DNA from: Candidatus Aminicenantes bacterium
GTDB taxonomy: Archaea; Nanobdellota; Nanobdellia; Woesearchaeales; JAFCCF01
DNA: 64,000 nt
Assembly (NCBI GenBank): GCA_017610325.1
Contig: JAFCCF010000002.1
Coordinates: 8,999 to 72,998, forward strand
Reading direction: 5' to 3'
Part shown: one piece after another, positions 53,152 to 60,685 of the stretch
Layout: every line of letters begins with the position of its first letter
Position numbering within the stretch: the stretch's first letter is position 1
Position numbers and translations under genes: made by a program
The notes under the pieces: model-generated
What the model was told of the DNA's origin: nothing
Database searches by the model: none
Seen by the model: only the letters and a program-made list of their open reading frames with translations

Positions 53152-53216
53152 AAAGGGCGTTTTGAGAAAGAATTTAAATAGTAGTTTTATTATTTTTATA
53201 TAAAAGATGTGTAATC

Positions 53217-55454
53217 ATGAAAAAAACAACTAACATTGTTATCCTATTTTCATTATTCCTGCTTTTATGTTTGTTAACAGTCAATGGCTCATCTGATTCT
53301 GCTTCGCTGGATGTTCCTCTTTTAGGCGTAGATATAGCAGGGATGTGCTGGGGAGACTCTATGCACATGATATTAAATTATGCAAGTGAAACTCCTTTCT
53401 ATGAAGAGATAGCATACTACGGCGGCAGCAGATTTGAGATGAGGCGGCAATTTGTTGGAGGAAGAGATGACCGAACAGGAAAATATACCCTTATGGAACA
53501 ATACATAGATCAAAATCTGATAGAACCATGGGTGATTGCACCAGAAGATATTCCACATCTGGCAGATGATTATGGATATACCTATCATCAAGCATACCTT
53601 ATATCTTCGCCACATTACATTTTTCCTTGTATACGAGAGCAGCAAGCAGGAGAAGAAAATATAGTGCGCTTTTCAGATGAAAATGAAGCTTTTCTTTTTT
53701 TAAAAGAACTGATTAATGATGGAACTCCGCTAATTGTTGAATTTCCAATGCATTTTGAAGTAGTCATGGGATATGACAATGCTCATGTTTTCCTAAACAA
53801 CCCCCAAGTAGATTTTTCAACAAGAGACACTTTCAATAATGATGGTTTTTTAAGTGAATGGAAAAAGCAAGGATATTTTATGCAGTGGTTTACGAAAAGC
53901 CGCGAGAAAAAAAGCATTGACGATATAATGTGGATGCTTAAAGAAGCGGCAAAAAGAGCTCATAAAAACATTGAGGATTATGCAAAACAAACAGAAGACG
54001 GGATCATAATCGATGATTATACAGGCCCTATCTCTGGCAACAATGTAAACCATCCTGAAAATTTAAGAGCTACAGCCCTGTATAGAGCACATATTTCTGA
54101 ATTTCTTTATGCGCATGGCTATGATCAAATTGCAGCAAAATACCAAGAATCAGCAGAGAAATTTACAGAAGCAGCAAAACTTTCCCAAAAGCAGAGGGTC
54201 TCTGTCCTAACGCAGATAGCTAAAACTGAAGAAGATGCATATAATTTATTTGTAAATATATTGCCTGAACCAGCAATTGAGTTAAATGAACCAGAAGACA
54301 TCAAGCAGACCCAAATGCAAATATCCTGGACACCATATACCAAAAATGATTTTGTAAGCTATGAAATCTATGTATCATGGCTTCCTGGTGTTCTCGGGAA
54401 AAAAGTTAAGACTATAACTGACAAAACAGCAGCATCAACAGCTATTGAAGGTTTAGAAAGAAGCAGAACATATTCCATAACAATAAAGGTTAACAGGCAG
54501 CAAGGATATGGATACTCAAATCAAGTAACTGCGCAAACAGCCAGAAGCCCATATATCACTTATTTAGAATTAAGTGAGGACTGGGATAATGTAATCAAGA
54601 TTAATTGGTTCAGACCTCTTAGAGATGATGTAGTGAGGTTTGAAATTTATGTTTCAACAGAACCATCTTTCACGCCAACAGAAGATAAATTAAAATCAAT
54701 AGTTCCTGCCCTGGACTTGATAGAAGGTGCAGCAGTTGTTCAGGAGTCTGGTACATATTATTTGAAGTTAAGGACAGTGTATGAAGATGGCACATTCTCT
54801 GATTCAGAAGAAGCATCTATCATCGTCGGAGAGATAACAAAGAGGTTTGTAGAAGTTCCCGACCCTTCAGAGAATGTTTGTGGGAATGGTAATTGCAATT
54901 CATATTTTGGGGAAAGTTATGAAAATTGTCCGCAGGATTGTCCTGTAAGACCAGGTCATGGGGACACTGAAGCAAGTTGTGGTGATGGCACCTGTGTAGA
55001 ACCCCAAGAAACACCTGAAAATTGCCCACAGGATTGCTCTCCAGCAACAGGTTATAAAGATGGTACTGAGGTAAATACCGGAGTAGATTGTGGTGATGGA
55101 AATTGTGTAGAACCCCAAGAAACACCTGAAAATTGCCCACAGGATTGCTCTCCAGCAACAGGTTATAAAGATGGTACTGAGGTAAATACTGGAGTAGATT
55201 GTGGTGATGGAAATTGTGTAGAACCCCAAGAAACACCTGAAAATTGCCCACAGGATTGCATTTTAGGTTATGAGGATGATACTGGGACAGTTTGTGGTGA
55301 TGGCATCTGTGAACCCCCAGAAACTAAAGACTTTTGCTGTGAGAATTGTGGAGGTTGCAACGTAGATAAAGAAATGAAAACTGAAAAAAATATTAATGAA
55401 GAAAAAAGTTTTTTTAGAATAATAATTGATTTCTTTAGGGGGTTATTTGGATAG
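53217..55454 (+). CDS. secreted multidomain protein: C39-like papain-fold peptidase + two FN3-like domains + Cys-rich CGDGxC...CPQDC repeats + hydrophobic C-terminus
   Basis: Signal peptide is MKKTTNIVILFSLFLLLCLLTVNG. Candidate peptidase residues are GMCWGDSMHMILNY (Cys) and MHFEVVMGYDNAHVFLNNP (His/Asn). FN3-like blocks are ISWTPY..FVSYEIYVS and INWFRP..VVRFEIYVS. Five Cys-rich modules follow. Confidence 0.65.
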   Translation: MKKTTNIVILFSLFLLLCLLTVNGSSDSASLDVPLLGVDIAGMCWGDSMHMILNYASETPFYEEIAYYGGSRFEMRRQFVGGRDDRTGKYTLMEQYIDQNLIEPWVIAPEDIPHLADDYGYTYHQAYLISSPHYIFPCIREQQAGEENIVRFSDENEAFLFLKELINDGTPLIVEFPMHFEVVMGYDNAHVFLNNPQVDFSTRDTFNNDGFLSEWKKQGYFMQWFTKSREKKSIDDIMWMLKEAAKRAHKNIEDYAKQTEDGIIIDDYTGPISGNNVNHPENLRATALYRAHISEFLYAHGYDQIAAKYQESAEKFTEAAKLSQKQRVSVLTQIAKTEEDAYNLFVNILPEPAIELNEPEDIKQTQMQISWTPYTKNDFVSYEIYVSWLPGVLGKKVKTITDKTAASTAIEGLERSRTYSITIKVNRQQGYGYSNQVTAQTARSPYITYLELSEDWDNVIKINWFRPLRDDVVRFEIYVSTEPSFTPTEDKLKSIVPALDLIEGAAVVQESGTYYLKLRTVYEDGTFSDSEEASIIVGEITKRFVEVPDPSENVCGNGNCNSYFGESYENCPQDCPVRPGHGDTEASCGDGTCVEPQETPENCPQDCSPATGYKDGTEVNTGVDCGDGNCVEPQETPENCPQDCSPATGYKDGTEVNTGVDCGDGNCVEPQETPENCPQDCILGYEDDTGTVCGDGICEPPETKDFCCENCGGCNVDKEMKTEKNINEEKSFFRIIIDFFRGLFG
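54978..55259 (+). repeat. 111-bp (37-aa) tandem repeat, about 2.5 near-identical copies, coding
   Basis: Copies start at 54978, 55089 and 55200. The unit is CGDG(T/N)CVEPQETPENCPQDCSPATGYKDGTEVNTGVD. Copy 3 is identical to copy 2 up to 55259. Confidence 0.9.
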
Positions 55455-55650
55455 AAAATTTAATTCTCAAAACGTCCAATTAAAAATAAATTTCTTGACG
55501 AAGTCAAGGCTAAATGTGCGAAGCACTTTAGACCCCCCCTTTTTTCTTTAGAACTTAAACACAATTGAACATAATCCATGTTAGCTTCCCCGGAGACTTT
55601 AGCCGTAGGGGCAAGTGACTTTAGTCACGTAGAGTCGCGCCTTATAGTTT

Positions 55651-55662
55651 GAAAAGAAAAAA
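55651..55662 (-). terminator. oligo-T terminator after tRNA-Arg
   Basis: The minus strand reads ttttttcttttc directly after the discriminator. Confidence 0.45.
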
Positions 55663-55780
55663 CGGGCCTAGAGGGACAGTCGAGCAAACGCCCTCGGTCG
55701 TTGCCGCAAGCGTCAACTATTCGAACCCCCGATTTACAGCTTAGAAGGCTGTCGCCTTATCCAGACTAGGCTATAGGCCC
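55663..55780 (-). tRNA. tRNA-Arg (UCU) with a 43-nt non-canonical intron in the T arm
   Basis: Acceptor GGGCCTA/TAGGCCC + G73. D arm GCCT-AGTCTGGATA-AGGC. Anticodon arm ACAGC-CTTCTAA-GCTGT. T stem GGGGG + loop TTCGAAT, then a 43-nt insert (AGTTGACGC...CGACTGT) before CCCTC. 118 nt total, 75 nt mature. Confidence 0.8.
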
Positions 55781-55804
55781 ATAAGGGTAAAGAGAAGGAA
55801 AATT

Positions 55805-55814
55805 GTTTATAAAT
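55805..55814 (-). promoter_or_regulatory. TATA box for tRNA-Arg, overlapping the stop codon of the upstream cupin gene
   Basis: Minus-strand atttataaac is centred about 30 nt upstream of the tRNA 5' end (55780). Confidence 0.5.
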
Positions 55815-56094
55815 CTTTGGATAAAAGGCCAACAACATACACATATTCCAGTATGCTTGTTGAGGTATTTTTTATGTTATGCTTTATGTTTGGCCCAATG
55901 TAGTGCGATTGGTGCTGTTCAAGCTGCACTGACTTGCCTTCTTTTAGCAGTGTTGTAGTTCCCCTCAGTACAATGATTATCTCCTCTTTGTTCTCAGTTA
56001 TGTGCTCGCCAATCTCTCCACCAGGTTCAAGAGTTATCTTTCTGCTTTTGAGAATTTTACTTGCAGGGGGTTTTATAATCAGTTCTTCCTTCAT
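55807..56094 (-). CDS. small cupin-domain protein
   Basis: ITLEPGGEIGEHITENKEEIIIVLRG...HYIGPNIKHNIKN. ATGA-type overlap with the upstream yhhQ-like gene. Confidence 0.7.
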   Translation of the reverse strand: MKEELIIKPPASKILKSRKITLEPGGEIGEHITENKEEIIIVLRGTTTLLKEGKSVQLEQHQSHYIGPNIKHNIKNTSTSILEYVYVVGLLSKDL

Positions 56095-56771
56095 TTAAAC
56101 ACACTCTTTTTTATCTTCTTTGCCCAGTATATAAACGGTGTGTCGCACGCAGCCACAATAACCTTCATAATATAAGAAGTAATGAAAATCTGTAGCATGA
56201 TGTTCCAGGAGAAGATGCCAACAAAGGCAATAAGTGTAAATATAATATTATCAATCAACTGGCTGAGTATTGTTGAGAGATTATTCCTTAACCACAGCTT
56301 TTTACCCTTCATTTTTTTCTTTAATTTTGCGAAAATCCACACATCGTGCATCTGTGAAATAAAATAAGCAGCAAGACTTGCCAGCGCAATCCTCGGCAGG
56401 AATGAAAATATTGCCTGAATATGCGGGCTGAGCAGGTCAGATTCATGCGGAATAAAGTTAAGTGTTACCTGCATGATGATTGTTGTTACAATGAGCACAA
56501 AAAAGCCAATCCACACTCCTTTTCTTGCTTCTTTTTTGTTATATTTCTCATTGAGGATATCAGTAACCAGAAAAATCGAGGAATAAATTATGTTGCCCAT
56601 TGCAGTCACAAGGCCAAAAAAACTAATTGTTTTCATGACCTGAATATTTGCAAGAATAACAGCCATGGCAATCCAAATATAGAGGCCAAGCCTGCCAAAC
56701 AGCTTATATGCTAGAATAACCATGAAAAAGCTTCCAATAAGCAGACCAAACCAGAGCAACTCGTTTATCAT
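56091..56771 (-). CDS. yhhQ: queuosine-precursor (7-deazaguanine) transporter, YhhQ/DUF165 (VUT) family
   Basis: IFLVTDILNEKYNKKEARKGVWIGF, RIALASLAAYFISQMHDVWIFAKLK, LWLRNNLSTILSQLIDNIIFTLIAF, IMKVIVAACDTPFIYW. Confidence 0.8.
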   Translation of the reverse strand: MINELLWFGLLIGSFFMVILAYKLFGRLGLYIWIAMAVILANIQVMKTISFFGLVTAMGNIIYSSIFLVTDILNEKYNKKEARKGVWIGFFVLIVTTIIMQVTLNFIPHESDLLSPHIQAIFSFLPRIALASLAAYFISQMHDVWIFAKLKKKMKGKKLWLRNNLSTILSQLIDNIIFTLIAFVGIFSWNIMLQIFITSYIMKVIVAACDTPFIYWAKKIKKSVFK

Positions 56772-56816
56772 CTTTAACCGAAAACATTATATTATTAATA
56801 TAATTTTGGTTTTGTA

Positions 56817-57995
56817 ATGGGATATTTAAAATTCAAAATAACATCGCAGGATAATAAGGCCCGCACTGGTGAGCTGAAACTAAGGCACGGTACTATCCAG
56901 ACGCCTGAGCTTATGCCGGTTGCAACAAAGGCAACAGTTAAGGCGCTTTCAGCTGATGAACTAATAGAAATGGGTGCACAATTATTGATATGTAATACAT
57001 ATCATCTCATGCTACAGCCAGGGGCAGATGTAATTCAAAAGCTGGGTGGACTTCACAAGTTCATGAACTGGAATAGGCCCTTGCTGACTGACTCAGGAGG
57101 TTTCCAGGCATTTTCACTTGGTCTTGGGTTAGAGCATGTAACTGGCAAGTATTTTCCTGAAGAGGGAAAGATAACCAAGAAACCAGAGAAATCCACTGTC
57201 AAGATAACTGACCGTGCTTTGTACTTCCGCTCAATATATGACAACTCACATAAATCCCTATCACCTGAGCTGTCAATCAAAATCCAGGAGATGCTGGGCG
57301 CTGACATGATTCTTGTGCTGGATGAATGCACTTCACCAATCTCTGGCAAGAAATATGTTGCTGAGAGCCTTGAAAGGACACACAAATGGGCTTTGCGCTG
57401 CATAAAAGTGCACAAGACAGACCAGGCACTTGTAGGTATTGTACAGGGCGGGCACTGGCAGGACCTAAGGAAGAAGAGCGCTGAGTTTATTGCATCACAG
57501 CCATTTGACAGCTTTGCCATAGGTGGCTCCCTTGGCAGGTCAAAGAAAGATATGCATAATATTCTAGAATGGACTGTTCCACTGCTTAAAGACAAGCCAA
57601 TCCACCTGCTTGGAATAGGTGTTGTTGAAGATTTGTTTGAGGCAGTTGAAAGAGGCATTGACCTTTTTGACTGCGTCAGCCCTACACGCATGGCAAGGGC
57701 CGGGTATGCATATGTCTCACCACCTTTAGGCAATGTCAAGAACAAGTTCAAATACAAACTTAAATCAGCCGCATTTGCACATGACTCAAAGCCAATTGAC
57801 AAGAACTGCAGCTGCAAGATATGCCAAAATTATTCGCGCGCTTATATTAATCATCTGTTCAAGGCAAATGAACTGCTTGCATACACTCTGCTGAGCTACC
57901 ACAACACTGTATTCTTTGTTAATCTCATGAAAGATATAAGAGAGGCAATCACAAAAGTAAAACTAACAGCATTGAAAAAGAGGTGGCTGAAGTGA
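56817..57995 (+). CDS. tgt: tRNA-guanine transglycosylase, bacterial (queuine/preQ1 TGT) type, no PUA domain
   Basis: ARTGEL..RHGTIQTPELMPV, LLTDSGGFQAFSLG, ILVLDEC, GIDLFDCVSPTRMAR, Zn motif CSCKICQNYSRAYINHL. 392 aa. Confidence 0.85.
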   Translation: MGYLKFKITSQDNKARTGELKLRHGTIQTPELMPVATKATVKALSADELIEMGAQLLICNTYHLMLQPGADVIQKLGGLHKFMNWNRPLLTDSGGFQAFSLGLGLEHVTGKYFPEEGKITKKPEKSTVKITDRALYFRSIYDNSHKSLSPELSIKIQEMLGADMILVLDECTSPISGKKYVAESLERTHKWALRCIKVHKTDQALVGIVQGGHWQDLRKKSAEFIASQPFDSFAIGGSLGRSKKDMHNILEWTVPLLKDKPIHLLGIGVVEDLFEAVERGIDLFDCVSPTRMARAGYAYVSPPLGNVKNKFKYKLKSAAFAHDSKPIDKNCSCKICQNYSRAYINHLFKANELLAYTLLSYHNTVFFVNLMKDIREAITKVKLTALKKRWLK

Positions 57996-58807
57996 GAACG
58001 CTTGTGCTTGAGGGAGGGGGCATGCGCAATGCCTTCACAGTAGGCGTTATTAAGCAGTTTCTTGAGAACGGCATAAACTATAGGTATTTTGATAATTATG
58101 TTGCAACATCTGTTGCCACATGGTCTACACTGTACTTTCTTGCAGACAGGTTCGATGTAGGCTACAGGCTCTGGAACAAAGACATCCCTGAATATTTCCG
58201 TGGCAGGCTGCTCAATTTTAACGAGGGAGCGGATTACCTGAAAAAACTTTTTAAGGAAACTGGCCCAGCCATACTGACGAAGATCTCTGCGCGCAAACAA
58301 AAGGTTTTTGTACCATTGACCAACATAAACACAATGAAAACAGAGTATTTCTGCCTTAATACAGCAAAAGACCCTCTTGACATCCTGCTGACCGCAGTTG
58401 CATGGCCTTTTTATTTCCCGCCAACTATTATAAATGGTAACCCCTATTATGACGGCGGCCTCACCTCTGCAATTCCTATTGAGAAGGCTGACATGCTTGG
58501 CTCAGATGAGAAATGGCTGATACTTACTTATCCCCTGGATTATCATAAGCGTGAGTTACCTTACAAATTAGGTTCTCTGTTTGCGCTTCATAAGCCAAGG
58601 CTGCGCAAACTGATTTCTCAAAGAGCTGTGCTGTACAATCAAACTCTGAGAGAAATAAACAAACGGGAAGACCTAATTGTGATTAGCCCGAAAAAGAATC
58701 TTCCTAATTTCAGGAAGACTGACTTGAAATCAATCAGAACAACTATCCGGCTAGGAAAGCAGGCAGCTACCGAGTTTCTAAAGAAGAGAAACCTTCTAAA
58801 AAACTAA
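57983..58807 (+). CDS. patatin-like phospholipase-domain protein with an atypical nucleophile elbow
   Basis: LVLEGGGMRNAF (oxyanion GGGxR), VATSVAT in place of GxSxG, YYDGGL (catalytic Asp). Confidence 0.65.
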   Translation: MAEVRTLVLEGGGMRNAFTVGVIKQFLENGINYRYFDNYVATSVATWSTLYFLADRFDVGYRLWNKDIPEYFRGRLLNFNEGADYLKKLFKETGPAILTKISARKQKVFVPLTNINTMKTEYFCLNTAKDPLDILLTAVAWPFYFPPTIINGNPYYDGGLTSAIPIEKADMLGSDEKWLILTYPLDYHKRELPYKLGSLFALHKPRLRKLISQRAVLYNQTLREINKREDLIVISPKKNLPNFRKTDLKSIRTTIRLGKQAATEFLKKRNLLKN

Positions 58808-58816
58808 TATTTTTTA

Positions 58817-58850
58817 GAGGTTCTGAAATATTTTATTTCAGAAACCTTTA
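58817..58850 (+). repeat. 34-bp conserved palindromic element, copy 2
   Basis: gaggttctgaaat-atttt-atttcagaaaccttta, 10 nt after the patatin stop. Its 3' end merges into the tRNA-Cys TATA box. Confidence 0.85.
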
Positions 58851-58856
58851 AATAGC
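58846..58856 (+). promoter_or_regulatory. TATA box for tRNA-Cys
   Basis: ctttaaatagc is centred about 29 nt upstream of 58880. Confidence 0.5.
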
Positions 58857-58879
58857 TTATTCTGTTCACTCGTCTTTAG

Positions 58880-58952
58880 GCGAGGGTGCCCAAGCGGCTA
58901 AGGGGAGTGGCTGCAACCCACTTATTCCAGGGTTCGAGTCCCTGCCCTCGCT
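58880..58952 (+). tRNA. tRNA-Cys (GCA), intron-less
   Basis: Acceptor GCGAGGG/CCCTCGC + U73. Anticodon arm AGTGG-CTGCAAC-CCACT. T arm CAGGG-TTCGAGT-CCCTG. Confidence 0.92.
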
Positions 58953-58960
58953 TTTTTTTT
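58953..58960 (+). terminator. oligo-T terminator after tRNA-Cys
   Basis: A run of T directly follows the discriminator. Confidence 0.5.
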
Positions 58961-58964
58961 AAAA

Positions 58965-59705
58965 ATGGATAAAATCAAAAAAGTCTTGATAACCAGCGAT
59001 GGTAAGAAGTTCTTTGTCAGAGATTTAACCAAGGATTTTCACTGCCAGTTTGGCTTTGTGAAGAAAGCTAATCTCAAGAAAAAAGAGGGCAGTACAATTA
59101 AGACAAACATAGGCAAGCAGATGATTATTCTCAAACCATCATTTATTGATATTTACAGGAAAATCAAGCGCGACCCGCAGATTATTCCGCCTAAGGATAT
59201 TGGTCTGATTATTGCTGAGACAGGTATCAATAAAAATTCTCTTGTTGTTGATGCTGGGGCCGGTTCGGGAGCATTGTGCTGTTTTCTAGCTCATGTTGTA
59301 AAAAAGGTGGTGACATATGAGCTTAGAGAAGATTTCTCTAAAACAGTCAAGCAGAACATTGAATTTCTCGGCCTGAAAAATATCATGCTCAAGAACAAGG
59401 ATGTTTACAAGGGAATCTCTGAGAGGGGTGTTGATTTAATCACATTAGACCTGCCAGAACCGTGGAAGGTTATAGAGCATGCAAGGAAAGCTCTGAAAAC
59501 CAGCGGTTTCCTGGTAAGTTATTCACCAACTATACCGCAGACAAATGACTTTGTGAATAAGGTAAACAATACAGAAGGCCTTATGCACATCAAGACAGTT
59601 GAACTGATACAGCGGGAGTGGGAGGTGAATGACAGAAAGGTCAGGCCAATGTCTAGAATGATTGGCCACACAGGTTTTCTAAGTTTTGTGAGAAGGGTAA
59701 AATGA
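58965..59705 (+). CDS. trmI: tRNA (adenine-N1)-methyltransferase TrmI (Gcd14 family)
   Basis: QIIPPKDIGLIIAETGI, VVDAGAGSGALCCFLA, DLITLDLPEPWKVIEHARKALKTSGFLVSYSPTIPQ, RPMSRMIGHTGFL. Confidence 0.85.
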   Translation: MDKIKKVLITSDGKKFFVRDLTKDFHCQFGFVKKANLKKKEGSTIKTNIGKQMIILKPSFIDIYRKIKRDPQIIPPKDIGLIIAETGINKNSLVVDAGAGSGALCCFLAHVVKKVVTYELREDFSKTVKQNIEFLGLKNIMLKNKDVYKGISERGVDLITLDLPEPWKVIEHARKALKTSGFLVSYSPTIPQTNDFVNKVNNTEGLMHIKTVELIQREWEVNDRKVRPMSRMIGHTGFLSFVRRVK

Positions 59706-60685
59706 AGAATCATCCACGCGACGGAAAAGAACTGATTGGGAAGGTAATTATCTGGTTCAAGGACATCAACAAGAATGACCTTGCACTTGTTGGGGGCAAG
59801 GGAACTGGCCTTGGGGAGCTCTTTAACAATGGCTTTCATGTTCCAAACGGCTTCTGTGTTTCTGCACTTGTATATGAGGATTTTGTGGTAAAGAATGAGC
59901 TGCAGGACAAGATTAAAGGCTTTTTGTGGGACCTTGATGTTGAAGATACTGAAAAGCTTGAGAAAGCAGCTAATAACATCAAGAAACTAATACTAAAAGC
60001 ACCAATGGATGAGCAGATTAAACAGCGAATCATAGGGGCATATCATGAAATGAAAAAAGGCTTTGTTGCTGTGCGCAGTTCAGCTACAGCTGAAGACCTG
60101 CCAACTGCGTCTTTTGCTGGCCAGCAGTCAACTTTTCTTAATGTTAATGGCGACGGAGCCTTGCTCAAGGCAGTGCAGGAATGCTGGGCATCGCTGTGGG
60201 AGCCCAGAGCAATTTTTTACAGGGAAAAGAACAACTTTGACCACATGATTGTGCTAATCTCTGTTGTGGTACAGCACATGGTGCAGCCAGACTGCGCAGG
60301 TGTGATATTTACAGCAAACCCAGTAACAAACAACAGGGAAGAAATCCTGGTTGAAGGCAGTTATGGTCTGGGTGAGATGGTAGTTTCTGGTCAAATCACA
60401 CCAGATTCTTTCATAATTGACAAGAAAACCCTGGAAATCAAGCAAAAGTCAATTGGCACAAAGTCAAAGCAGATGGTCAAGGCAAAGGACGGCAGCAATG
60501 AAATCAAGGATGTTGACCAGGAAATGCAGGAAAAGCAGTGTATTTCAGATGAACAGGTGAAGAAACTGGCAGAGATTGGAAAGAAGATTGAAAAGCACTT
60601 TAAATTTCCACAAGACTGCGAGTGGGCAATTGAAAATGATGAAATCTTCATGCTGCAATCAAGGCCCATCACAACACTGAAATGA
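59702..60685 (+). CDS. stand-alone PEP/pyruvate-binding (PPDK_N, ATP-grasp) domain protein
   Basis: LALVGGKGTGLGEL, VAVRSSATAEDLPTASFAGQQSTFLNV, WASLWEPRAIFYR, IFMLQSRPIT. It ends before any phosphohistidine swivel or PEP-utilising domain. Confidence 0.8.
   Translation: MKNHPRDGKELIGKVIIWFKDINKNDLALVGGKGTGLGELFNNGFHVPNGFCVSALVYEDFVVKNELQDKIKGFLWDLDVEDTEKLEKAANNIKKLILKAPMDEQIKQRIIGAYHEMKKGFVAVRSSATAEDLPTASFAGQQSTFLNVNGDGALLKAVQECWASLWEPRAIFYREKNNFDHMIVLISVVVQHMVQPDCAGVIFTANPVTNNREEILVEGSYGLGEMVVSGQITPDSFIIDKKTLEIKQKSIGTKSKQMVKAKDGSNEIKDVDQEMQEKQCISDEQVKKLAEIGKKIEKHFKFPQDCEWAIENDEIFMLQSRPITTLK

Noticed and set aside
57053-57817. 254-aa minus-strand ORF
   Set aside because: It is antisense to the tgt CDS, which has unambiguous TGT motifs.
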